From assembly GCF_009914755.1 (NCBI RefSeq), contig NC_060929.1: a stretch of 64,000 bases of DNA; one strand, 5' to 3'. This DNA is from the human T2T-CHM13v2.0 reference genome, Homo sapiens. A program made the translations under genes and the position numbers. The notes under the pieces are model-generated. The model was given only the letters and a program-made list of their open reading frames with translations, did not search any database and had not been told where the DNA came from. This document shows, one piece after another, positions 15,656 to 31,680 of this stretch; the first letter of the stretch is position 1; each line of letters begins with the position of its first letter.

Positions 15656-17619
15656 CCAGTACATAACTCACTTTGTAAGCCAGTTTCATCTTGTAAGCAA
15701 GGCGTGGCTTATAATAGAACTAAGATGGAACATTTCCTCTTTATTTGGGGGAAAATTTACTTTCATTTACATGAGTGTTCTAGGATGTCCTCCAGTTTAT
15801 AAGCATCTCCTTTTCTACCATTTTGCCTTCTTTTTGATTTATTTCTCTCTCCATGTAGCTTTTCTTTTCCTTTTTTCTTCACAACCCCTTTGATTAAACA
15901 GGGGAGAGACAGATTATCTCCATTTCTACACATAACTGCCTCAACTTGGATAGGGAATGTGAAAATGACTGATGATAGATGTAAATTTATCAGAATTAAC
16001 AGTTACCAGATCAATGAAGCACTATTATTAGGGTAGCTTTAAATAGCCGAGCTACATAGGACCAGATGGCATAAAAGTTTAATGTAAGGCAAGATTCTAC
16101 TTGGTACACATTTAACTGTAGCATATATTCTTGTAGTACATGTAACCTCAGTTCACGGATTCCTTTATAGGATCCAAACTGGTAAAGTTTGTAGGTAAGA
16201 GAAACGGGCAAGCAGCCTATTCTGAGACTCAAGTTTCTCATCTATGAATGAGTGACATTTACCTTGCAGGCTAGTTTTAACTATTAAAGGAAATAAAATG
16301 AAATAATGCACAGGAAGTACTCAAAACCTACATATGTAATAGGGATATATCATTATTTCATTATTCCCCCACAGATTATCATTTCCAATTTTTCTCCATT
16401 ATAAACAATGCTTATACTTGGCTAGATCTATTTCCGTACAAGCACAAATACTTCTCTAGGCTTGATACACTATAAGTGAAATTGCTGAATTGAAAAGTAT
16501 GAATATTTTACAGATATTGCCAATTTAAGATCCCACAAACAGCATACAAGAGTACATGTTTTTCTCTACCTTCCTGGTCAATACCAGACACAAAAGTTAT
16601 TCTAAAACTTTGCCTATCTGATGGGTAAAATGTTTTAATTTTTATTTCCCTAAATATTAGTGATGTTGAACATCTTTTTCAAATGCAAGTTGGCCACTTG
16701 CATTTATTTTCTTGTAAATTGCCTATTCTTAGCCTTTTCCTTACCTTTCTACTGGATTCCCTTTTCATTGATTGTGAGAGCTACACGTTCTGGTTTTTAA
16801 ACTTTTTTCTGCCAAATAAGCTGCACTGCTTTCTCATTATCTTGTTTATGGTGTCTACTTTTTCTTTACTTGTAGAGAAGTTTTAAATTTTTAATAGAAG
16901 AACCTGTTAGTTATTTTCCTTTATATCTTTCTGAGTACTGTGTCTTGCTTAAGACTTTTGTCCTCAGAGTATGAAAATATTTATCTATACTATATTTAAA
17001 TACTTTTATAGTTTTTTATAATTAAATAATAAATCCACATGGAACTTGTTTTGGTATAATTTGTGGGAGGAAGCTACCTTGATTTTTTCCAAATAATGGT
17101 CCTCACACCATTTACTGCATGGTCTATTCTTTCCCCACGGATTTGAAATGTCACCTTTATGACATACAAAATTTCTACATTTCTAAATTCTCTGGTTTCA
17201 TTGGTTCTTGTGTCAATATCAATTACACAGAATAAAAATATTCTTGTGGCTTTAAGGAATATTTTTAAATTATTATAGAGAAAGACTTTTTTCACTAAAA
17301 ATGTTGACTTTTCTTGTGCATTTTTTTTTCCAGCTGAATGTTAGAAGTTTGTCAAGTTTCTTGAAAAAGTCGACTGGCATTTAGCCTAGAATCACATTGA
17401 ATTTGAAGATTAATTTGAGGTGCAATACTGTCTCCCATTTAAAAACACAGTATATTTATTTTTTATTTTGCTTATATTTCTTTATATTTAATTATATCTT
17501 CCTTTATGCCCTTTAGGAAAGTTCCAGGTTTTTTTCTCTCTACATAAGTATTTGTACCACCTTTCTAAACTCATTAGTTTAAATAATAGATTTTCTGTTG
17601 ATTCCAACTTTATGGGTTA

Positions 17620-18250
<631 letters not shown>

Positions 18251-19445
18251 AAAATTATAATTTTGTCTCTTCTTTTCCAGGATTTATACTGCAAATGGCG
18301 TTTACTTGCCTTTCTGTATTGGCTGGAACTTCCATTATAATGTGGAATATAGTGTGGTGAGCAGACATCCTTGTTTTGCTTTTCTGACTTAAAAGAGATT
18401 GTTTCTGATATTTCATGTGGCTATGGGTAACCTGTACGGGCCAGAAGTCATTTGAATTTATAACTACAACTGATGTCCATCTTCATAGGTTATCCTTTTG
18501 GGCTTTAAAATCAGGGTGATGTTAGACTTACAGAATGACATGGCATGATTTCCGTTTCTTTTGTTCTAGAAAAATTCTCTTTTTTAAGGTTCTGATACAA
18601 TTTAATCGTTTTTATTCCTAATTTATATTTTTCTAGGAAATAATTTCATCTAACTACTCCAATTTACTGGTGTAGAACTGTATGGTATTATTTTGTAACT
18701 TAAAAGATCTCTGTGCTTTGTCATCTTTCTCCTCTCTAATCTTTCTTCGTTGTCTTTTTTCTTTAATCATATTATCCCATAGTTTTCCTTTTTTTTGTAC
18801 ATCCTATATGTTCTTTTAAAAAATGAGTATTTTCTGTACACAGGAAACAAGGAATTCTATGTAAACATATATATCTTAGATCAAGCTTGTTAATTAAATC
18901 ATTAAACCTGTATGTATCTATACCTATTTAACCTTACTCTCTGATTTGTCCATTTCTGATGTGCATGTTAAAATATACTATGATTATGGCTTTGACAATT
19001 TCTCCTAGTATTTGTATTGTTTTCTGCTTTATAAATTACAAAAGTGCATGGTTTAATGGTTTGTAACAATTGTATTTTCTTGGAGGATTACAATGAACAC
19101 AAAATATTTTATTATTACTTTTTACCTAAAATACTTCTTAATTTTTCTAGTTTTAGCACATCTATCTGATAAATGCATACACACACACACACACGCTCAC
19201 ACACACACACTTCATCTATCTAATCTCAACTTTTCTGTGCCATTCTCTCTTAGGGAGGTTTCTCATAAATAGCATATGTTAAATTTTGTTTTTTACCTGT
19301 TTAGTAAAAGTAGGATTTAATCTCTGACGTGAATTGTGAAAACTAGTATGTGTGGTGTGCATGGCCTCTCCAGCCACCTTTTTTTGTTTTATATTTGCCA
19401 TGCTTTTTCCTCTTCCTCTTGGTTAAACTGACCAAGTTTTAAACA

Positions 19446-19594
<149 letters not shown>

Positions 19595-19930
19595 TGATCA
19601 GGTTTTAATTACTCCCTTTCTTCCTACCTTTAGCTGTTTAGAAGTTATAATACATCACATTTCTATTATTTTAGTGGTTATCTTTAATAATTTAAACAAT
19701 ATTTAAACTAATTTTTGCCATCGATCAATTCTCTTCTCAGACATAACAAGAACCCTAGTATACCATCACTCCTCCTTGCACTTGTCTCTGTGGGGATTTT
19801 GGTTCCAATTTATTGTTAATATTTATTTTTCACATTATGTCAACAATTATTTTTATACGTTGATAAATTTCGTAGAATGCTTTGCTCACTACTGTTTTAT
19901 TAATTCTATGTTTTTCTCTGTCTCTGATTT

Positions 19931-20093
19931 TTTTTTGAGGTAAGGTCTCACTATGTTACCCAGGCTGGAAAGCAGCGGCTATTCACAGGTGCAATCATCG
20001 CGCACTGCAGCCTCTAATTCCTGGGCTCAAGCTATCCTCCCGCCTCAGCCTCCTGAGTAGCTGGGACTACAGGCATGCATCACCATGCCTGGT
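19931..20093 (-). mobile_element. FAM (fossil Alu monomer)
   Basis: Retains the 7SL-type ctattcacagg segment. TSD tctgtctctgattt/tctgtctcagattt. Confidence 0.82.
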
Positions 20094-20430
20094 TCTGTCT
20101 CAGATTTAAGAAAATATTCTATTACAGCATATCTTTGAGTAATCCTTTCAGAAAAGATGTGCAGGTGGTAAACTGATTGAATCCTTCGCTGAAAAATGAC
20201 TATTTGGTATCTTCAAAATTTTAAAGGTCATTTCCTTTACCTTCTGGCTTCCAGAACTGATAAGAGTACTGATGTGAAATTTGATTCCATTCTCATTCTT
20301 GTCCATTTTTAGGTAAACTGCTTTTTTCTCTGCTTTGGAAGATAATAGGATATTCTTCTCCTTATCAAAAATTCACCAGGACGTGATCTTTTTCATAGTT
20401 TTTCATATTCACCCTGTTTGGCCCTCTTAA

Positions 20431-20770
<340 letters not shown>

Positions 20771-23700
20771 AGAAAATGTTCCTCTATAATTTATTTTCTA
20801 AATTATTTCTTCCCTTCATTGTCTTTTCTTTCCTGCCAGAGCTCCTATGAGATGAACTGATCCTTCTAACTTTCCTTATTTTCTGTCTCTGCCTTTTTGC
20901 TTTGTATTCTAGTTGATTTCCTTGACCCTTTCTTCCAGAACACTCGATCAGTATTCAGCTGTGTCCATTCCATTATTCACCTACTGAGTTAGCAACTATC
21001 ATTACTATGGGTCTCCTCTCCCCTGGGTGGGCTGACTAAAGTTTTATTTTTTATAAGTGGACGAGATACTAACTGGTTATGTGGACATGAAGTTGGAGGC
21101 AGGCAGGTAGGAAATGGCCTTTCCTCCCCACCAGCAAACGTGACACTGGCTTTACCCTGGTGGTGAGGATCTGAGAATATTTTGGATACTCTCTTGGATA
21201 AAACTATATTTCATCTCATCTCTGACCATCCTTGCTTCCTTCACACAAACTCAAACCCTGCTCTGTTCTTGTAGGTCCCCACATCCACACCAAAACGTCT
21301 TTCCCAGGCAAGTGGCTCATTCTCTTTACAGTTTTATTCTTAAGTCTCAAATTAAATGTGTATGTTGCCTGCTGTCAGGGGTAAGATTGGGGAACTAAGG
21401 GGCTGGAAGCAGTTAATTCCCTGATGACTGTCTTAAGACCCCTACTCATGCTGTGCTTGATGTTCTGCCAGATTGGTTCTTACCATTATGGTAGTTTTCC
21501 CCCACGAGTGTTTTACCCTGTGATTTTTATTTTCTCTGTTATTGTTTATCTGCTCCTATTTGTTTTCTGTCAATAATGCCTCATAATTTCTGGTCAGCTA
21601 ATGGCATCTGTTCTTATATTTTCAGTGTTCATTCACTATTAAAGAATGTATTTTCTTTTTAATGGATCTTTGGACAAAAACATGTGCTCAGTTCTCTAAC
21701 TAGCACTAAGCTGTGTGACTTCCCACACTGGTTAATGCATGCATGCCTGTGGGGGATGAGGATCTGTTTATGTACTGCACTAACTTTTAGACAGATATAT
21801 TTATGTATATTGCGCACATATTTGATCTCAATAAATTTAATCAAGAACTTAATTTGATGACCATTTAAAATCCAAGCAAAAAAGAGGCAAAAATGCTTAT
21901 CAGATATACATATAACTACATGGCTTAATTTAACAGTTCTGTCTATATCTATTTATCCATAGATACAATTATAATGATATAGAATTAATCCAGAAGCTAA
22001 AGTAGGATCATTTTACTCTATTCTTTTTATTCTAACTAATAAAAGAGTATCTGACAGGCTTTTGGTCCATGTTCCCAGCATTTCTGAAGGCTTCTTATCA
22101 AATATGCTGTTATTACCCATAATTTTATGTATCGATTTGTATAATGTATTTCAAGGAAAAAATTCAATATCAGCCATTCTTGTTTCTTTTTTTCTTTTTA
22201 TTGAACTACCAAGACTAATACAGCACATCACTAAGCAAAAAGTGCTATTTACTATGCAAAAGGCACAGTCAGTGATTGGCATCTAAGACCAATTGATCTA
22301 CCCATTACCACTATCTCCCTACCCCCACAAGCATTACTATGAAGCTATTGATTTAAACACTGTCGATCGGTTTCCATTTTCTGATTTTGGGCAGGCCAAT
22401 CAAGAAAGTGAGTAATTGTGATTACACTGCTTCAGGATCAATTACATTTGATGCAAGACAAAGTGCTCTTTTTGGAACACACACACAAAATTTTTGATCT
22501 AGCATGCTGTTGTGCTTAACAAAATCTAAAATAAATAATTTGTATCTTTATAATAACAAAACATACTAATGTAAATGCTTTTAATAGTCAAGAACATTTT
22601 CTATGTGAAATACATGAATTATTTTCCTAATGTTAGTTTGAAAGAAATTTAGAAAAAATATTATTCACATACACTCCTTGGCATAAGATAAAAATCAAAT
22701 ACTACCTGCATATATATCCATCCTTAAAGAGACTTAGTTAATTATGAAAGACAAAATGCAAATCCTGTTCAAGAGACTATAAAGGAAGTCTTTGTAAATA
22801 AAATTGGGGAAAAAAATCCAATTACATAGGAATCAAAAGGTTCTTTATACAAATTGATAAGAAAAAGGAATCTTTTTTAGTTCTTAATTTTGGTCTAACT
22901 TGGTACGTGAGCTTTGTCATTGGGTTCACATTGTCCAAATCATTAAAATGAATATACCTCTGGTGTCAGAGGCAAATCTATTTAGAGTGATGTTACTCAT
23001 AGCCTGTTGTTCAGTAATATTGATCTGTGTTGTTTGTCTAATAGAAAAATAATAAACAATTACTAGGCAATGTTGGGAAAAGTAATCAGTTTTTATATAT
23101 CACTAATACAGCAGACCTCCCAAAACATAAAGGTGATGATCTGCATAAAATCAATGTGTTATGCTACATTGCTTATATTTATCATTGCAGGTTCTCGGCA
23201 ATAAAAGGTATAACATTAGGCCAGAATTACTGGTAAACTGAAAAGGTATATGAAAATGAAAAGTTCACTATGTTTAATCTATACATTTATTTTAAAATGT
23301 CTATTTCTAAAACTTCAAGACTTTTAAATCATAACAAATTCTGTTCTAAGCTAGCTAAAATGTAGGTAAAATGTCTCAATTCTTTTTAGAATAAAAACAA
23401 AGAAACTTCAACTCAAAATAGCCAATTGGGCCTTATATCAGAAAAAGAAAAGAGTTCAAAGATAATTCTCAATGATGCATGAATACGGCTTTGTTCTAAT
23501 TTGCTAATAGCCTCTGAATTTCACAAGAAATGTATAAAGCATTATAGAAAAACATTAACAACAAAATCCAATCCTAAAAAAGCTCTTCTGAACAGCATTC
23601 AGCTATGAAACCTTTGCCAACTGCATAAATGTTCTCTTTTGACTTTTATCAAAGCAGTTTGTAAATGGATGTAAAAAGGAAAAAAAAAATGTGTGAGTTT

Positions 23701-24152
23701 TAGGTACTGATGGCATCAATAATATTCCACTTAAGAATCTCAAGATAACATGTATGTATATCTCAAAAGATATCTTCTCTGAGCTATTTAATAATATTAT
23801 TAATGCTTTTAATTTCTCCTGGATTTTCCTCATGAATTTTCTCATAAATTTTCTAAAACTGGAGTGATAAGTTAAAAATTACTTAGTAGTAGCTTCTTTC
23901 TTTAACCAACAAACCATGGATTTCAATCACATATGGCAGGTTGTAATGGCTAGGTGTGTAACGAATGCTAAAAATACATATACTACACACAATTTGTACA
24001 ACTATTCCAAGGCAGTCTAAACATTATCAAAGCAAAACATATTTGTTTAAATGTTTTGTCTTTCACACACACACAAAAGCTGTTGAAAGCTTAGTTTTTG
24101 ATCTGCTATCCTTTACAGGTTATATAAAAAATAGAAGAACAATTGAACTTAC

Positions 24153-24237
24153 CACAACTGGAAACTGGCAGTCTGAGTAGAATCACAAAAGTCAATACCC
24201 ATTGAAACTGTAATGGATCCCTCAGGCTCAAGAGAGT
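24153..24237 (-). CDS. AP3B1: AP3B1 coding exon (probably exon 24, 85 nt): (D)SLEPEGSITVSMGIDFCDSTQTASFQL(C)
   Basis: ttcctag|AC acceptor and TG|gtaagt donor. Completes GAC with the G of the previous exon and continues the frame. Too short for the ORF track. Confidence 0.95.
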
Positions 24238-27200
24238 CTAGGAAATAAGATAATTTAGACATGAAAACACAGAGGATGTGAAAAAGAGGCAAACTAAACA
24301 CTGAAAATTTAGGTAATGTTTGTAGCTTGGTTGAAACTGTGAAATGTAATGATGGCTTAAAAATTTCAAACTAAGAATATTAAAGCAAATTACAAAGTAA
24401 CCTAACTATTCTGTTTCAAGGTTTTCTTTTTCACAAATTAATTCTGCGCATACACCAATGAACACATTATACCCATTTGTTTCAGAAATACATATCTTCC
24501 TGAGAAATGTCATGTTTTCTAATATTATCTCTATAGGTACTGAAAATGAGAAGGAAATAAATGTGTTCTTGTTTCGCATACCTGTAATGGACTTTGGGAG
24601 TTCATAAGAGGTTATGTACTTAAAACTATGGCATGTTTATTCTAGATATAAAAAGTAAATTTTAAACAATGTCCAAAATTTTCAATGAAAAAAATCCTAA
24701 ATTAAAAAATGTAAATCAAGTTGGAAGAAGAAATTAAGATGCACTCAGAAATTAATTAAGAGATCTCACATTGAAACCAAAATGTTAAGTCTAATTGCAT
24801 TAAATACTCAAAAAAATTTGTGGCAGATTAGATTATCTTTATAAAACAAAAAATAAAATGACATTTGATAGATTTGGAATTTCAGAAGCTTCATCTATCA
24901 ACTAACCAAGTATAGGAAATAACTATACCAATATACAATACAGTATTTTTTTTCAGTTAACAATGACAAAACTTAAGGCAAACAAGAACAAAATTTTATT
25001 CTGCTTATGATTTGAAAGTTTAGCTATATCTTAGAATAATTGAGGGGATCTTAAATAAATATGTATATATTTGTTTATATATAGAAACTGTCCATTTTTG
25101 ATTTCTACTTTGCTCAAAGTATTCTGTATAATTGCAGCTATACCATACAATCACTTTATATTTAGCTTTATCTATTCTCTATACATCCTATCACACGTAG
25201 TTATATTTTAGCAAGCACACTTCTAATTCAATAGACTGTGACTATTCTAGGGCTTCTTGGTAAGTATGATTTGCCATTGAATGCTAACCACGACAGAGAT
25301 GATGGTACAGTCGGGATAAAATAATAATTCAATAAGCTTCATTTATTAAGTATTATGTTTATATCTCATAGGCTCAATGAGGAGTAAGCATTACAAGAGA
25401 GTATTTGTTCAATGCTGATTTTAAAATGCTATTTGTTAGGCAAAGGAAGTATGTTAAAAATAAAAAAAGTAATAATTAAAATGCTATTTGCTCAGTGGTA
25501 TGTATGTTAGTTTGCTGATTCTAGTTTGAATTTCATTTGTTTACAAACCTAACATTTTCCAGGATGCCACTCAAATACTAGAAGACTTGCTCCCTAAATC
25601 TCTAGCAAACAGGCTTTACTGTAGGGTAAATAACTATAATGATACATATGTTTTTTTCATTTCTCATAAAGCTATGTGCTGTCAACAGTTTAGAGCTTTG
25701 TCAGTCACACGCTGCTCCAGGCTATTCTTGAGTGAATTCTTAATGCCTTCTGTGCCATAACTATTTTGGGGTTTGGTCTTGTTTTTATCTGACACATTAG
25801 TAGCAAATTCCGTCATCTCCAAAACTTGATGGCTTTCATGATTTAGATCTCCCTTCATCATGTATCTTTGCATGTCATTTGACAAAGTGACAGCTCTCAA
25901 GATGCCTTGTTGATAGCACTCTTTGACACTGTTTGATACTGTCTTCAGTCTTAAGATAATTAACTGTGAGCTTAGTGCCATACTAATTCTGGGGGACAGT
26001 CCATGATCAATGGCATGTTTTATTATATGGATGCTTCAGGAGCAAAATGATCAGCATAAACTCATTCAAATAATGGATTTTTATAATACTTGGAGCCGAC
26101 TAAACTGGGAAAGCTTACCCAATTAGGTGTCTCTGTTTGGACACCATTTCTAGATTTGCTCCTATATATTTGAGATGGCTATGTAGAAGTGGCTGAAAAA
26201 CACTGGCTCTGTTACGCCACAACATTAATATCAACACATGAAATCATATAGGATGCCATTTACTTTGATGTAACAGTTGTACAGTAACTGGTAAAATCTT
26301 AGCTGAACTCAAATTTGTCAACCACTAACATAAAGCCACTGAATATAGTAAAGAGAGCTTAACCTATTCTTTGTGTCTTAAAAAAAACCCTCTTATATAC
26401 TGGGTCTCTTTGGGGAAAATGGAATATTATTCCTAATATTCTTGTAAGGAATACAGTTTCATGCCAAACACAGAGTGAAATCCAGAAAAAAAAGTCATTG
26501 CACATTACAGACAAAACCAGATTGGTGGCAAATAAGAAAACTGCGGACTCCTTAATGTGTATACGTTCTTAAAAATAAATAAAACAAATAGCTTACCTCC
26601 CTTATTTTACTAAAACACTAAAATACAGTATTTGTTTTCTGTTGCATTCTTAAAATGTTTTTGGAGGACTAATTTAGACATATTATATTCCTTAACCCTA
26701 CAATCTATTGATAATAGTGTCATCCAGGTGGTGTTACATACAAGTACATACTGCAGACAAAAGAACTCTGTATCTTGAAGGCATTCAATAAATGCCAACC
26801 AAATGAATGAAACATACAGTCACAAAAATTTGTCTAAGAATGACAAAGAAAAGCCTACAACCAATACTGAGGCAATGGTAAACATTCATATTTTATTTCT
26901 CTGTTAAAGTCATACTATGAAATTTATTATATTTATTTCTTCTATTCTACATAGGCCAACTAAAGGTCAACTCATCAACTCATTATGCCAGCTCAAAGAA
27001 AAATTAATACTGTTCTACTGCTTTAACCTTTGGATAACATTCTCAACCTTCAGACAATTCATGTATCAGCTGCTTGACACTTCCTAAACTAATTTTTTTT
27101 AACTAGGTAAAAAAGGTTGAATTACAAGCAACAAAAATAACACAATAATTCCTTGGCAATATATTAATGTCACACATTATATAATAAAAATTAGGATACT

Positions 27201-27799
27201 TTGTGTTCTTTAAATAGTGTCTTAATTATCAAAATATTTTTAAAAATTAAGTGGATTTTGAAATCAGCTTACTTTAACTCCACTTTCTTTGCTCTAGTTG
27301 CTTATAAAACTTTACCAGGCTTTATCAAAAATTATTTTATTCCTTTGTGTAAAAATATAACACACACACAAAATGACTTTCTTTACCGAAAGATTCATGA
27401 AAACCAGAGGAGAAAATTCAGCAATGCCAAAGAGCTCAGATAAAGAAAAATGGAAGAGTTATGTGAAACAATGAGTAAAGAAGGTACAATTACCTAATTT
27501 TACTTGATCCTGGTCAAAAGGCATTGTTTATCTTAAGTATTATAAAAAGGAGCTCTCTGGAGCATTCTGGTTATAACATTTGGAAGATACAATGACATAA
27601 ACCTTTTATTACTTTTAATTGAGGTTTTGCCTGAAGCTTCTCTCAACTAAACCTTAGGGTTATCTCCACTTACAAAAACCAAAAAGAAAGAGATAGACAT
27701 TCTAAATATTACACTATTTCAAATTTCAAAGTAAGACACACAATTGTTACATTTAATGTTTAAAGGGTATATTTTTAGCAAAATACTTAAAAAATGCAA

Positions 27800-28045
27800 A
27801 GGGGATGAAAAATGGCCACTGACACTTTGTTGGAGAGACAACAGGATGCGGTGGGCACAGAAGCAACCTGGAAAGTGCGAGCCAAAGCTGGGGGCAGCCG
27901 CTGCTCAGCAACCCACTCATTGGTTGCTGCATGTGGGGATAAAGGGCCAGTACTGCCATATTTTACGCTCTGCTCCAAGAAAAGTGAGATTTCTCATTTT
28001 TTAAAATGTAAAAGCATCTTCATTTTTAAATGGTGGCAACAGATT
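27800..28045. mobile_element. MER102-like hAT-Charlie fragment
   Basis: gggccagtactgcca...atttttaaatggtggcaac resembles recalled MER102 consensus. Boundaries approximate. Confidence 0.5.
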
Positions 28046-28145
28046 GAAAACATGTAAAAATTGGATGTGGATAAATACCAGTGATATCCTCTAGGCTACT
28101 GTATATTCTATACATGGAGAGGAAGATAAGCAGACTAGTCTACAT

Positions 28146-28349
28146 CGGGGGTGTGCAATCTTTTGGCTTCCCTGGGCCACATTGGAAGAAGAATTGTCTT
28201 GGGCCACACATAAAATACACTAACCCTAATGATAGCTGATGAGCTAAAGAAAAAATAATCGCAAAAAAATCTCATAATGTTTTAAGAAACTTTATGAATT
28301 TGTGTTAGGCTGCATTCAAAGCTGGCCTGAGCCAGGTTGGTCAAGCTTG
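28146..28349 (+). mobile_element. MER30 hAT MITE
   Basis: aatcttttggcttccctgggccacattggaagaagaattgtcttgggcc core. TSD gtctacat (28138-28145) / gtctatat (28350-28357). Confidence 0.88.
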
Positions 28350-28834
28350 GTCTATATCCTCTCAGTCTTCACTCCCTTCACTTTCCCATAAATTGAAAAG
28401 TGAAGGGAAACAGGAAAGGATCTCGAGATACGAGAAGTATTGTATTCAGAAATGCAGAGCGATTTTCTTGCTTTTAATACACAATAAACCACTTAAAATT
28501 ATGCAGGGAATGAAGCTGACCAGGAGGAGAGATGGGGAAAGGTGACACAGGTAAGTAAAACATGATGGCAATCTTGACTCTGCAGACCTAGCCTTCCATC
28601 ACTACTGGTATTACTATTACTGGGACCTGATTCACTAAGAGCAAAGAAATGTATTTATCTTATATGATAAATTCAGTTTAACAAGAAAAAGCAAATATAA
28701 ACTGAATATGCTAATTGTCAATACAATCATATTCTACTTTACTATTTTACTAAAAAGTATTCTACTTTACTTTTAAAATGAACATATTTAGTGATCAAAT
28801 ATAGTTAAGGTTTTAAATGAGAATTAATATTTAC

Positions 28835-29066
28835 CTATTGGATTAAAAACATGCATTTTCATGCCTATAGGAAGTTTTTTTTCCCCTATGTGGATATTTT
28901 CTATCTTTCGATCAGTAGTGTTATTCAGTGTTATTTGTATAGAGACCATCTTATCACCAAAAATGCAAGGCTGTCTTGGAAAGAAATAATGGGCAGCTAG
29001 TCCTTTTCCACTCATTCGATGAAGCAGCACGTGAGTTTTCGTTGGTACAAATGCAGGAGTACTGAC
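28835..29066 (-). CDS. AP3B1: AP3B1 coding exon (probably exon 23, 232 nt): VSTPAFVPTKTHVLLHRMSGKGLAAHYFFPRQPCIFGDKMVSIQITLNNTTDRKIENIHIGEKKLPIGMKMHVFNPI
   Basis: Translation matches recalled AP-3 beta-3A ear sequence. Acceptor ...taatag|GTC, branch-point-like CACTAAC at 29099-29105, donor ATAG|gtaaat. Phase 0 in, phase 1 out. Exon number from memory. Confidence 0.96.
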
Positions 29067-29285
29067 CTATTACACACGGCAAAAAGAAAAAAAGATGAGT
29101 TAGTGAATATAATTATTCTTTTAGAAAATATGCAAACATTTATGACATTTAATTCTTGGTTCCCCTACAGTATTATATGAACTACAATAACAAACATTAG
29201 TAGGATATCACACACATAGATATTAGTCAGAAATGATACAAAGAAGTAAATGCCCTCAAAACTGTATGAAAATTTTTCTGTAAGC

Positions 29286-29713
<428 letters not shown>

Positions 29714-30784
29714 CTAGATCCTCTATATTTGGCCATCTTGCTAACTTTCTTATTGGTTTTAACAGTTTGTCAATTGATTTTCTTGGGTGTTTTAGCCAAC
29801 TACCAAAATGAACGTCTGGACCTTCATTTCCAATCCTGACTCTTTGAACTGTTTTTTTGTTTTTATTTTCTTTTACTGTAAACTGAAGACCATGGCCCCC
29901 AGGATAAGGTGGCTTCTTCCTTTGCCTTAATGATCTCTACTTTGAGATCAAGTTAACTATTCACTTATATTTTCTTCCAGACCTTTGATGGTTTCAAATT
30001 TTAATTCATATGGAATTGATTTTGATATATTGACTCCATATTTAATTTTCTCCAGATACTGAACTAATTGTCCCTACATGAGCTAATGAATAGTCTTTTC
30101 TCAATGATTTTAAATGCAAAAATTCTAATTATTTATGTACTAGGAGATATTTCTGGGCCTTGATTGTCCTGTTAAACCAGTCCCATATTGTTTTATTTTT
30201 TGTAGACCTACAATATAATTCAATTATTTGGTAAAACAAATATTTCCTTATTTCCCCCTCCGAATATTTTCTTGGTAAATCACCTTTTACCCTTCTATTG
30301 AACATTAGACTCTTAATTAAATTCTTCCCTCAATCTCATTTTCATTGAAATCATAGGCAGCATATTAAATAATGAAACACTGTCCATTCTAAAACCATGT
30401 GATAGCTTTCTTTCCATTCAAAATATCAGTATTGCATACTAGGCTTGACCTGACATGGGCAAGCATTAAAAAAAAAATCAATTTGTAATTAAACAGGCTT
30501 GATTAAGATTTTTTCCTGACAAGTGTTGTCTCCCAACTAGATTCTCTATTATAGTTCTGAGAGTATATATCAACCTATTAAACATTTTCACTATGCCGTG
30601 TACACCTGATGACATTACAAACGTAGCAATTATAGTAATGATTTAAAGTTCCACAAAAATCCAAGAGTTAAATATCATATATACAAAATGCTACATCATG
30701 CCTTCTAAGCATCATCAAAACATAGTATTCTTTCTCTAAAAGTGCAACAAAAAATGTGGGCAATTTAAAATAATCATCACCTCT

Positions 30785-31081
<297 letters not shown>

Positions 31082-31084
31082 TCA

Positions 31085-31375
31085 TCACCTCTAATCTCAG
31101 CACTTCGAGAGGCCGAGGTAGGAGGATCACTTGAGCCCAGGAGTTTGAGAACCAGCCTGGGCAACATGGTGAGATCCTGTCTCTAGAGAAAATGTAAAAA
31201 ATTAGCTGGGTGTGGTGCATTGCGCCTGTAGTCCCAGCTACTCAGGAGGCTGAGGTGGGAGGATTGCCTGAGCTCAGGAAGTTGAGGCTGCAGTGAGCCA
31301 TGATTAGGTCACTGCACTCCCGCCTGGGTGACAGAGCAAGACCCTGTCTCAAAAAAAAAATAATAATAATAAAAT
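31085..31375 (+). mobile_element. AluJ, slightly 5'-truncated
   Basis: J-type gttgaggctgcagtgagccatgatt. Flanked by aataatcat repeats at about 30769 and 31376. Confidence 0.9.
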
Positions 31376-31599
31376 AATAATCATAAAAATTTATGGGATA
31401 GTTTATTTGTAAAATATAATAAACAATTAGCTAAATTTAAAATTTTGGTTATATAAAATAATAGGGCTACTGGCCTATTCATTCTATTTAAGCCTTCTGA
31501 TGATGATAACAATCTAGTATTTTAAGTTTTCAAAGCACTTTCACTTCTAAGGTTAGGTTCTTTTCCTTGAATAAAAACTATTTTCAAAACTCTTCTGTT

Positions 31600-31680
31600 T
31601 CCTTTCTTTCTTTTCTTTTTTTTTGAGACAGAGTCTCGCTCTGTCGCCAGGCTGGAGTGCAGTGGTGCGATCTCAGCTCA
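31600..31680 (-). mobile_element. Alu 3'-terminal fragment fused to the HSP90AB1 pseudogene
   Basis: Only the last ~55 nt of the right arm plus an A-rich tail. Confidence 0.9.

Noticed and set aside
25682-25981. 99-aa minus-strand ORF as an extra AP3B1 exon
   Set aside because: The flanking exons already join in frame to give the recalled protein, and the peptide resembles nothing I recognise.
27906-27929. 8-bp hairpin CAGCAACC/GGTTGCTG in a GC-richer patch with several overlapping ORFs
   Set aside because: The stem is short, and the patch resembles a MER102-like transposon relic. No ncRNA or exon support.
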